Made by a program: the position numbers and the translations under genes. A stretch of 61,092 nucleotides of DNA, the filler included, from Dugesia japonica (taxonomy: Eukaryota), in the NCBI GenBank assembly GCA_001938525.1. It is 4 parts of 4 records of this genome, joined end to end, with 100 filler letters (N's around TTAATTAATTAA, not from the genome) between each part and the next. Parts side by side here need not be neighbours in the genome. Positions count along the whole stretch, not along the records: positions 1 to 20,707 come from MQRL01557940.1; positions 20,808 to 32,801 come from MQRL01610373.1; 2 more parts are not named here. The stretch is one strand, 5' to 3'. This document shows positions 13,435-24,110 of the stretch, piece by piece. The notes beneath the pieces were generated by a model. That model saw only the letters and a list, made by a program, of their open reading frames with translations. It did not search any database and was not told the origin of the DNA. Position 1 is the stretch's first letter. The number at the start of each line of letters is the position of its first letter.

Positions 13435-13817
13435 TTAGAGCAGATCCAATGCTCCCGGATCTAGCCACTGGTCAGGGGACGTTACTACAAAATTGAATGC
13501 AGCGATATCATCATCTTCGTCCCACTGCATATTATTAGGGTTGCCAATCTGCTTTGACAAGTCCGCAATATATTGTTTTAGGAATTCAATTTTTCGCTGT
13601 AGTAATTGCTTATTCTCAGCTTCCAAGGCCTTTGTCTGGATGGCAAGGTCATTTTGCTTCTTTACTATAGCGTCCAATCTTTTAAGTAGCTTATCTCGTT
13701 GGTCTAAATGTCGTAAGAGGGCCTCGTTGGTTTTTCGTTTCAGGTGCCTCTCTACCAGCAGACGGCGCAGTATACGGTGACATCTACGGAGATTGTTTGG
13801 GAATCGGATACGAGTCA
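13435..13817 (-). CDS. Element ORF D, 127 aa: Arg-rich N-terminus, coiled coil, acidic/aromatic C-terminus; start codon inferred to be completed by splicing (A|TG)
   Basis: Preceded by gctaatttgttttag|TG and followed by AATAAA. Ungapped same-length homologue at 46829-47211. Confidence 0.8.
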
Positions 13818-13950
13818 CTAAAACAAATTAGCATTAATTTAGTAAAATTTTCTCAATGGAAAAGAATATACAATTACTGAAAATAACAAAAGAAAATTCA
13901 AGAGACAGTTCAAGCTATAAAATTTATTAACAAAAGAGGTGGTCTCCCAG

Positions 13951-14309
13951 TTAACTCTTAGGGGTTTGGGTGCTTTTCTCCACCATTAGAGGTTCTAGGG
14001 GCATAGATGTCTTCAACTTCAGAACATCACTTACCAGTTTATTCTCTCGGTCTTGGTAGGACCGGATCATCTCGACCAAAGACTCTACCTGGCCCTTCCA
14101 TACCCTCTCTTGTGCATGGGAGGCCTCAACTTCCTTCCTAAAAGCCACGCATTTTTTTCGATAGCGGCTTACTTTGCTATTGGCGTTAGCTGTATCCGCC
14201 TCCCACTTACGCTTGGCCAGACGATACAGATCCCATGCCATTTCGTGGTCCTCGCTGTCGTCGCGCATCTTTTTCGTAGGAACCGGATTGCGATTTAAAG
14301 ATGAGTGCA
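13951..14309 (-). CDS. Element ORF C, 119 aa coiled-coil protein with C-terminal KSTQT (LC8-type motif); start codon inferred to be completed by splicing
   Basis: Preceded by acttttag|TG, with AATAAA shortly after the stop. Ungapped same-length homologue at 47337-47695. Confidence 0.8.
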
Positions 14310-14608
14310 CTAAAAGTTATATATTAAATTGGAGTAAGATTTAGAATTTTATGCATCCAGAGCAAAATATATATGTATAACTTTTCCTTTTAATTAGTTT
14401 AGTGAAATATCTAAATTTGGTCCGCTTTTATAAAAGAAGAGCTATAAAATTTTAATTACGATTCATGTTACAAGGAAAAATAATGGACAAACATGTGTTC
14501 TAAATTGAAAAATTTATAAAACACACTGACAGTTTAGTTAGTCAAGGAGTGGGGTCTGTGTTTTCTAAAGCGCCACCACTGGCCCGATTCCGCAGATCCC
14601 ATAGGGTA

Positions 14609-14935
14609 TTACCAAGATCTAGTGCCTCGCGGAAGGTGGTTGATTGACACAGGCAATAAGGACGGCCCATCTTGCCATCTGCTAGTAGTTTGGTCACTTA
14701 TTGAGTCATTTGTGATAATCCGGTGTAGTACTTCTTGAGTGCGGTCGGGGCCAGACCATTTATAGTAGGCTTGGCGCTCTGCAGCGGCCCATTCCCTTTC
14801 GTTTTCCTCCTCTTCCCGATTCAAGTTAGAATAATCTGCCAGAATACCCGCGTTCCGGTCATGCGGGTTCTTATACCTCTTAAAAATGGTACGCCCCATG
14901 CAGCAGTCCCATAACAATTCCCATTTATATTCCAT
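14609..14935 (-). CDS. Element ORF B, 108 aa (MEYKW...), unknown function
   Basis: Acceptor ttacag| just upstream (exon starts 14952). Homologous to 47935-48243 (IFxRxxNPHxRxAGIL, ERQxYxxWxGPxRT). Confidence 0.75.
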   Translation of the reverse strand: MEYKWELLWDCCMGRTIFKRYKNPHDRNAGILADYSNLNREEEENEREWAAAERQAYYKWSGPDRTQEVLHRIITNDSISDQTTSRWQDGPSLLPVSINHLPRGTRSW

Positions 14936-15108
14936 AGTAATGGGTTTATTTCCTGTAACAATAACTAATGAAGAGAGATGCATTTATGTAAGTAAATAAT
15001 TTATATTCAACGAAAATAAGTTAAAATACAACACGAATTTTGAGTTAAACAAAATTGCAATACACCATCATTTTAAATGCTCAGTCCTTGTGTATTGAGA
15101 GGAGGTAG

Positions 15109-15291
15109 TTATTCTTCATCGAGATCCACCTTAAGTTCTAGGGGGAACATCTCAACGAAACACTGAAGATCAGTTTCGTCAGGATAATCCACGACCCCGT
15201 GCGAAAGAATATGCATTAATAATTGTCTATTTCGTGCTTTACCCCTTTCAAATTGAATTAGGGTGAGCATCTCGGTTAACTGATCGGCCAT
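15109..15291 (-). CDS. Element ORF A, 60 aa, with PDETDLxCFVEMFP motif
   Basis: Acceptor ttttatag| at 15305. Homologous to 48375-48581. Confidence 0.75.
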   Translation of the reverse strand: MADQLTEMLTLIQFERGKARNRQLLMHILSHGVVDYPDETDLQCFVEMFPLELKVDLDEE

Positions 15292-16731
15292 GATTCCGGT
15301 TTACCTATAAAACAAAATAAAATATTTGCTTCATTTTATCCATGGAACTTGGGAAAGGAAAACGGTGGGCAATCCTCATAAACATGTGCCTGAAATTGAA
15401 TTCTCTAGATTATTTCATTTAGTTATTTTGCAGAACTACGACATCTGTTTAACTGATGCCTTTCTATTTAACAAAAGATATATGTAGGCGGATCGGAATC
15501 TGCGAGAATGCTGCATTATTCCATTTAATTCTTTAAATCAAAATTTGAATTAATTCATATCGGGCCTAGAATAATCAAGGTCATTTAAATAGGGCAAACA
15601 CTGGAAATTTATCATTATTTGTAAAATAAGATGCATATTTTTTATTTCAAAATCGGAATTATTTGTGTTGTTATTAGTGATAACCCAAGGTCGACTAGCT
15701 GAGAGCTAAATTTATATCTCGCTCTATTCTCACTCATGAAGTCAGAATGTTGTAGGTGTGTTCGGTACACAGAACAATCTAGTTATCGTGAACGTGTGTA
15801 TGATCACTGTCAGACTTATGTGGAATGAGATTACACGCTAACTAAGTTGGATGTATTGATTTGATTGAATAATATAACGAGTGTCCCTGTAAGTTATATA
15901 CAATTGTTGCTGCTATGTTAGATTGGTTGGCACTAGGCTGAATGATAATCATAACATCATCGTGAATACTCAGTGCAGATATGTGGTAGAACCTCTACCA
16001 GTTAACATTTGCAACAAATTTTATGATAAGAAAAATGAGAGATATATAATAAACTATTCCTTGACTCGTGACAGTTCTATGCATATCAGACAAAATGAAG
16101 ATAATAGCAGCTGGTAGTTAAATGAAATGATTAAAGTGCTCTCACGCACACCCAGCTCATATACAATAGCAGGCATATTTTGTCTGGTATATTATCTACA
16201 TTTGTTAATTGTATGGCTATGAGAAATTTTCTAATAGTATGCACTGAGAAATTTCAATGAGATTCTAGTGGTTATTCTTTTGGAATTTACTTTATGTCTG
16301 ATATTTCCGTGGATGTGTGTATTTTTACTTCAGAAAGAGTGAGTTATATTATTTAAAATACATTTTATATCTGATTTTTATCTTAATTTCTTATCATACA
16401 ATTTGACATTACTAAAGACAGTCAAGGCATCAAATCAACTGGTCATATAATTCAAATGTGGTTTTCTACTAAATTTAGCAATATACGAAATGATGACTCG
16501 ATTTTACGATGTTCTGCTTTATTTTGATAAAAACATGCTTCATACTTAACAATCATTTTAACTTTAAGCGAGTACAAAAAAAATATGCAGGATTTAATTG
16601 TTGTCATTGACTAATTGTAACTGAAACAAAAAAAATCATTTCAAACTTTACGAATTAAATTTTATTAAGATAACATCATCATAATTATAGTAAATTCTAC
16701 TATTAATCACTCAAGAAAATTAAAATTTTAC

Positions 16732-17055
16732 TTTGTATTAAAGGAGTTCTGCAATCGTAGATATCGAAAATTTGTCACTGTCAATGGTTATGTAACTTCT
16801 TTTCTTTATCTTAGGCTGGAACTAATTTTTTCGGTTTGATAATTCTATAGCGATCTTTTTCAATAACAAGGAATCAATTGAATCTTCTAAATGAATTTGT
16901 GTAAATATGAAAAACCTTTCGTTTTCAGCTAGATACCTGATGCAATAAGACTGGTTATCGTGAGATATATGATTTCGTTTCCTCAAAACTTGAATTTTCT
17001 TACAATATGTCGCTAGTTTAGCAGAGTTCAAAAAATGGTGATTATTTTTTATATA
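16732..17055 (-). other. Putative non-coding leader exon of the element, ending TACAAA|GTAAAA
   Basis: Lies directly downstream of the TATA box. The same TACAAA|GTAA donor is in copy 2 (49751) and an A|GTAAC donor in copy 3 (51230). The start position is inferred. Confidence 0.5.
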
Positions 17056-17078
17056 TCTGTTGTTAAAGTTAGGGGTCC

Positions 17079-17280
17079 TTTTATAAGATTTGTCTTACAC
17101 CCCAACTAGGCCCAGATTTGCTGATATTTTTAGATCAGCTTTTTTTTGCTTTCATTGGTTCTGTTGCTGATCTTCTAAAATTTTCTATGGTTTTNGGTGC
17201 TGCTATTGGCAGCTATTTTTATCAGACCACCTGATTTTTTGGTCTTTGTTTTATTTTTAATTTCAGGTAGCTGATTGGTT
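17079..17280 (-). promoter_or_regulatory. Pol II promoter of the element: 3 CCAAT boxes, GGGGTG box, TATAAAA
   Basis: Minus-strand CCAAT at 17274-78, 17205-09 and 17154-58; GGGGTG at ~17100; TATAAAAGG at 17085-17077. Conserved in copy 2 (TATAAAA 50006-50000). Confidence 0.7.
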
Positions 17281-18844
17281 CGATCTTCGAAACCCTGTAG
17301 TACCTTTCCGGATGATAGTATTTTTTTCTTTTTTGTAATCTCCATTGCACCAGATTGTTCTTCCTTCATTTTTTCTTACCCCGACTCTTTCCGACTTCTT
17401 GAGGCAAAGTTATCCGGATAAAATAGATTTTCCGTTAATTTTGTTTCTTTTTTATTTTAAAATTAATTAATTTTTTTTGTTAATTAATTATTTTTCATTC
17501 TACCTTTTCTTGGTGTTTCTTATTAATTTATTAATTTTTCTTAATTCTTACCCGTAAGTAGCTTTCATTTTACTTGGTTCCTCATTTTCATTTTTGATTT
17601 TACTTCGTTTCCTTCCCATATTGATTTCGAACTTTATTTTTCGGTGATCATTATTATCTGTTAATTTTTTAGTTCATTTTCCTTTAGCGGGTGTTTCACC
17701 CCAACAAAATATAAAAATAATAAAACTATTATATTATATTTTATCTTAAATACTGGGATTTCTATACTTACTATTGTAACTTATTTATTATATATAAGTA
17801 AGAGATACTAGTGCATTGGAACAGTACACATTCAATAAAACCCTATTCACTGACGTAACTTACTACTGAGATAACCTGAAATTGGATGTTTTAATCAATT
17901 ATATAATGGCATCATCAGAAATTTCATTCTCCAATTAATTTTCTTATGTAATTTTAAAAGTATTTCTCAAATTTAAGGCGGTAAAATTTCATGTTTTTAG
18001 ATGGTTAAATTTTTTTCTGTTTTTAGTTGTCAAAAATTTTTCACAGCTGAAGCACCAATATTTTTAAGGCTTTTCTACGATATTATTTTCTAAGCTTTTT
18101 AATTGGCAAAAAAATTTTGAGATTTTTCAATGTAATTCTAGTGTAAAAGTTTTTGTTTAAAAAATATGAAAATTTTTTAAATCAGATTTTTACAGGAATT
18201 TGGGTGAACAACCCAAATGTCATCCTTACATGAAATAATCATGTCTATTAGATAAAGAATTTTCCGATGGTTATAGTTAACAATCGTTATACTTTATCCT
18301 TCTTGAAATAAATGAGGTCTTAAGGTGAAAAATTCAAATTTCAGATTTTAGCGCACAAAGCTCTGTGCCGATAAAGCGTATGGACTCATATTTGGTTTTA
18401 TTTAAATCAGGAGGAAAAATTAACTGTATACAATCGGGAAAAAAGCTTCCTAACGAAGACATTAACCTGTCCTCCGGATTTTGGGACTTCTTCGAAAAAA
18501 TGATGCATGTCAAAATTTATAAAAATTGACACCATTCTATAAAGACATTTACGGTAAGAAAAACATCGGCTAATATCGTCAAACCTTATAGATAAAATTT
18601 TACATAGAAAAACATGTACTTACTTTGAGTCTCATCTGAGGAACTAATGAATTTTAGAAAAAGTAAATCAAATTTTTAACAGCAAACAAACTATTTGGTT
18701 ACAGGGTACAAACTATGAGATGTCTATACACACTCTTGGCTGTAAAAATTACTCTTCGTCTTAGTATAATTAATGAAATCAGTATATTGTTTGCATTCTA
18801 AGTAAAATTATTTTCAAACATTGTTTCAATAACAGTTTTGATTG

Positions 18845-19060
18845 AATTCCAGACAACCATTACATTACCTCCTCCGACATTTACAGTCCGACGGAGCAAA
18901 TACATTAAGGTCCGTTCATAATTGAATATTTATCGATCAGCTTGTGTAGTTTTAACTAGACTAAGCTCGATTACAGTATGTGCATCTCTGGCAGCAATGC
19001 TTAAAACCGTTCACATCTGGTCTTAAATATACATTGCTACAACTTTATAATCTTCATAAG
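18845..19060 (-). pseudogene. Tc1-like transposase remnant
   Basis: Minus strand gives GGGNVMV(VW) preceded by a frameshifted FN..GP segment, resembling the Tc1 DEKKFNLDGPD...GGGSVMVW region. Confidence 0.4.
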
Positions 19061-19630
19061 ATAAAAACAGTTAGTCGTCAACGGCAATATTTGGTTAGAC
19101 TCAGATCCACAAAACGGTAAAAAAATTCAAAGTCAACTGTTATTAAATAAATCTTTAAATTAAATCATTACAGAAAATCATTACTTATTATTAATCACAA
19201 AGGAAATGATTATTACTGCAGCTGAGGTAACTAGATTGAAAAAAATTAACTAACTGTTATTGGTGTAGGAAATCATTTAAAAACCCTGTACGAGATCATG
19301 ACCACTTCACCAGAAAATACATAGCGACATCATGTTCAAAATATGTCTTAAGTAAATTCGATAAGATTTACCTGTCGTATTTCATAATCTTAAAGATTAT
19401 AACTAACATCATATTCTCGAAATGTAGACTTGATAAATTTCCGTCTTGGAAAATTTCTTGCATCCCTAAAACAAGCGAGTTTAATTGCACTCATTTCAAA
19501 AACAACCATAAAATTTAAAGATAGTTGCCAGTTTATTAATTATGGAATCAAAATGCTGTCATAACAATAAAAACCACTCCGTTTACAATAAAGTCAAAGG
19601 GTTACATCAAATAAGTTAAATGCAAAAATA

Positions 19631-19800
19631 ATGAAATAATCTATTATTGGCATATAACTATATCTTCCGATTTCAATATTGATTTATCATGAAATAATCT
19701 ATTATTGGCATATAATTATATCTTCAAATTTTAATATTGATTTATCATGAAATAATCTATTATTGGCGTATAATTATATCTTCCAATTTCAATATTGATT
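19631..19800. repeat. Tandem repeat, ~59-bp unit x3
   Basis: atgaaataatctattattggc.tataa.tatatcttc.aatttcaatattgattt repeated three times. Confidence 0.9.
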
Positions 19801-20751
19801 GACGTTCGTTTTGTTAAATGAAAGTTGGATTAATTTTTGGTTTTAATTTGATAATGGGATAACGTGATTAATAATTTATTCAATTTTTAATTTTCTATTG
19901 AATTTTTATTGGATAATTTATTTTAATTATTATAAATTAATATATTAATCAATATATTGATAATATAAAGTGCAATTACCATAAATAACTAAATAAATGA
20001 CTTTTTTACGGGGAAAAATTAATGAATTAATAGAACAATAAGCTTAATTATGAGAAAGAATCTGAATAATTTATTGATACAAAACCTACTTTATTCAAAT
20101 AAAATCAATAAGGAACAATCATCATATGATGTAGAGAAATCAACTTTTCCAAACTTTTCAACAAATGAGAATTAAGAGTGGCAATTTCTTCTTTGATAAC
20201 CTGGAAAAGTGAAAAAAAANNNNNNNNNNNNNNNNNNNNNNNNNNNNNNNNNNNNATTTTTATGGTTCTCTTCACAAACCTCCAACTGATCTACGAGGAG
20301 GAAATATCTCTCATTTATAATATAGAGAATTTGGTATTCATTTCTATATAATTCTTCAAATAACGATTGTAATTCATTGGATATTGATGATGCTATAAGG
20401 CTGTTCTTCCTAGAATAATCAATCGAATAATCAGGGGATTTTCCACAACAACTCGTATATTACTTNNNNNNNNNNNNNNNNNNNNNNNNNNNNNNNNNNN
20501 NNNNNNNNNNNNNNNNNNNNNNNNNNNNNNNNNNNNNNNNNNNNNNNNNNNNNNNNNNNNNNNNNTAGGTTATGTAACTATCGAGAATCTTCAATGGTGC
20601 ATCGGATTTGAACAATTTGTACAGCTGAATAACATATTTTACAACAACATTATACGAAATGGGGTAAATGAATAAATTGCACAACATCGAAACATTATAT
20701 GAAAAAANNNNNNNNNNNNNNNNNNNNNNNNNNNNNNNNNNNNNNNNNNNN

Positions 20752-20763
20752 TTAATTAATTAA
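20752..20763. other. Artificial scaffold linker TTAATTAATTAA inside N-run (also 32846-32857 and 51498-51509)
   Basis: Identical six-frame-stop 12-mer embedded in N-runs three times. Confidence 0.95.
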
Positions 20764-22719
20764 NNNNNNNNNNNNNNNNNNNNNNNNNNNNNNNNNNNNN
20801 NNNNNNNACTACCAGTTTACCAGTTCATTTCAATTAACTAAAATAAGACTTTTGATTCAATAATTTATTTCAAATACAAATAATTCTTCTTTGAAATTCT
20901 TGCTTTTTGAACGCTTCATTCAAAACTTGCCTTTCTCTCTTTATGTTTTCAAAATAATAATAAATTTAAACAAATTATTTTAAAACATTTTATTAAATTA
21001 TTAAAATTATATAAAATACAAATTTATTTAAAAATAAAACAATTCCAATTTATTAATAATTTTCCAAATTTTCAATTAAATTTTTTATCTAAATTATAGA
21101 AACTTCCAATTATAAATTTGAATAGAAAGTTTTACATTACGTATTTATATCTAAAATTCATTTATGAAATTTTAAAAATTTAGACTACTAATTTCAAAGT
21201 TAATATTTAAAATTTCAATTTCATAATTTGCAATTTTACATTTAAAAACAATTAAAAATTAACACTTTTTAAAATACTTAATAGTATCCATCATGAGAAA
21301 TACATTGCAACAGAATTATAAAAAAATTAAGAAACCTAAAATCAAGTAAAATAATTTAAATTGTATTATAAATACTATTTCTCAATTGATTCCACAAGTG
21401 ATCAGTCATTTCCACTACAATTGTAATCAATTGAAATGACCGATTATTTTATATATTTTATTTTACACCAAATTGTACAAAAAAATAAGAATTTTAAACT
21501 TTGTTTCATACTTCAGTTAATTTAATTAAATGATTTAACGTTTCTGTATTTATAGGTGGATAAAAGTAACATTGGTCAGCAAATAAAGCGTTGCATTAAT
21601 AAAATTATTATTTATTGTAAGATCAATGAGAAAAGTGAAAATGAACTCAAAACACTGCTTTAAAAGATCTTTCTGTAAATTTTAATGTATTTATTACAGA
21701 TATTAAGAAATTCTAAACATATTATTTTAATTTTTTAATAAATTTCTCTATTTGGTAGTTTCTTGAATCGCTAATAGAAAATCTGCATCATTTTGATTTG
21801 TTTTAACTTCTACACTTAATTCGTTATTCCACAAATCCCAAGCAGCCATTCTTTGCCTGAGACCTTTATTGAACCATATTAATATGATGAGTAACATACA
21901 ATCCAAAATATTCCTTGACGAATTAAATATTACCAATATTTTAAAAATCAGTTTATTCGGTTGTGCTGCACGATTTAATATCATCAAACAATACGATAGA
22001 AAATTCCAAACACTTATAATTAGAAAAATCCTCATAGAAGGCTTGCAGCGTATGAGTTCCCTGTTTGAAACTTCTTTCCGTTCTCCTAAATTAAATAGAA
22101 GAATAAATTTGTTTTCGAATTAAATTTGTAAATTTAATATAGTTAAATAGCAGTAAAAATTTATTATTACTTATCATTTGAAAAATTATGAAATTACTCT
22201 GCTTATCAATTTCCAACTGATTGATGAGATTCGAGCTAATTTCCTCTCATCAGTAAAAGTCAGGATACCGAATCTATTTTGAAATAAACAAAAATCACTA
22301 ACGAAATGTGACTATCAATTTAGCTGTTTTTAATGCAATTTTAATTATAAAAGAATATCAAAACAAATTCTATCCTTTGACAATTATTATTACCAATATT
22401 ATTAGTACAGTAAATTCTCTAAAACTCGCTAAAAAACGTAAATCTAAAAGACTTTGGGAGGTTAGAAAAAATGGTGAGTTAAAGAATTTATAATTATTCA
22501 CGATATTAAAATACATTTTCCAGTTCTTGAAATATGTATATATAAGATTTTTTTAACCAATATTTTCATAAGTCTTTGTACAATTCCATAAAATTGTATC
22601 GTAAAAATAGATCAATATCTAAATATTAGGATGTATAAATATATAAAAGAGCAACGAAATATGTACTAATAGAAATATGAACATCATTTAAATACGAATT
22701 TTAATAATTTTTTATAAAC

Positions 22720-24110
22720 CAGTCATTCAGTGTTCCAGATCTTTTCTTTTTCAAGGCCTTACTAACCAATCAATTTCATTTATCGCGTCCAGATCATAGT
22801 TTTCGGAATCTTTAAAATAATCTTTTAAGGTGTTAAACGCCAAATATAGATTCTGTTACGTAATTTTCTGAGTTTCAAAAATTTTCATTTGATCTTCATA
22901 AATAATACTATCTATCTCTGTAAATATTATACTTAGCTCTGGTTTCAACAAATCTTGGCCTTCTCCAAAGTTTTCATAAATTATAATATCATTCAAATAA
23001 TATCGACATTCAAGAAATTCATTTTCATCCATAGAATCGTTTAATTTAGCTTTAAAAATAAAATCATCAAAGGATTGAGTTCTACTATCTCCTATTTCAA
23101 TAATATTGTTGTTTTCATATTTCCAACCCGCATGTTTAAAGCAACTTTTGATTGAAAATTAAGATACATCTTCCTAAGCCTTTATAAGAAAAAAGATTGC
23201 ATCTTTTAGGGTTAATTTTTAATAACACAAAAATGTATCCAAACCAGATTTTCAATAATGTGTTCATTTCTTCTCGTTGAAAAGAGCTTTAAAAGTTTTA
23301 ATAATTCTTTGATCTAGTGGTTATAATCTGGCCGTAAGATTTGGGGGTAAATAAATGAATTTTATTATCTTTAAATCAATTGTTATTTTATGAGCAGGAC
23401 AATTATCAACTACGAGCACAATTTTTGTGATTTATTTTCCTACTTCATATCCCATTCAAGAAACCAAGAATTAGATATTTGAAAAGTCATCCCCAACTTT
23501 CCTGAATAGTCGTAATTTAAAAGTTCTACAACATTAAATCTGTTAAAACATCGGGTTTTCTTAAACTTTCCTATCATCAGTAGCTTGATCCTTTTGATCC
23601 CGACTATATTCACACAGAATAAAATAGAATACCAATCTCTTAGCAATTTAAACACGCTACGAAATTTTTTACATACAGATATAGGTGGTATAAATTTAAA
23701 GAAAACACTAGTTTCATCTGCATTTTATACGTTCTCAACACCATCTTGTATTATCTTGTGTAAATCGACTATAAAATCTTCAACGTTTTCTCTTTCCATA
23801 TTAAAAGATTCACCATGTAACTTTCTCAACTTTAACCCATTTTTCTTTGGTTTAAATGAGTCTAACCATCCAGTAGATACATTAAAGTATAATATTTGTT
23901 CTTCTTGTGCAAAGAAAAGCGCTTTCTGTTTTATTATATTATCATTAATTATTCAACCAGACGATTCTATTTGTTTATCCATTTCTTTACCTTATCATCA
24001 ATAGTTACGTATTTAATATTTTTTAAATCCTTTTTAATTTTCCTTTACCGTCATTCAACATCTCTAATATCAAATTTCTTTTTCTTCTTATGTCGTTTAT
24101 AGCTCTTGGT
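22720..24110 (-). pseudogene. Tigger/pogo (CENP-B HTH + DDE_1) transposase pseudogene
   Basis: Minus-strand motifs STGWLDSFK, LHGES, VYNADET, VDNCPAH and LPPNLTARL*PLDQRIIKTFK, with several stops. Confidence 0.85.

Larger units (their letters stand above)
13186..17706 (-). mobile_element. Novel 4.5-kb TG...CA element (giant solo-LTR-like or integrase-mobilised non-autonomous element), copy 1, complete
   Basis: Ends TGTTGGGGT (13186) and ACCCCAACA (17706), flanked by direct repeat AAAT (13182-13185, 17707-17710). Ends, promoter and ORFs are collinear with a homologue at 46597-50411. Confidence 0.85.

Noticed and set aside
13493-14298. Plus-strand ORFs 13493-13780 and 14053-14298 (also 46887-47096)
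   Set aside because: Antisense shadows of ORFs C and D; lengths are not conserved between copies.
19631-19800. CRISPR-like array
   Set aside because: Head-to-tail tandem units with no unique spacers, in a eukaryotic context with no cas genes.
21748-22290. Possible spliced host gene fragment on the minus strand
   Set aside because: Splice-like sites exist but I could not build a consistent reading frame or recognise a domain.
23585-24004. 139-aa plus-strand ORF
   Set aside because: Antisense to the Tigger transposase pseudogene.
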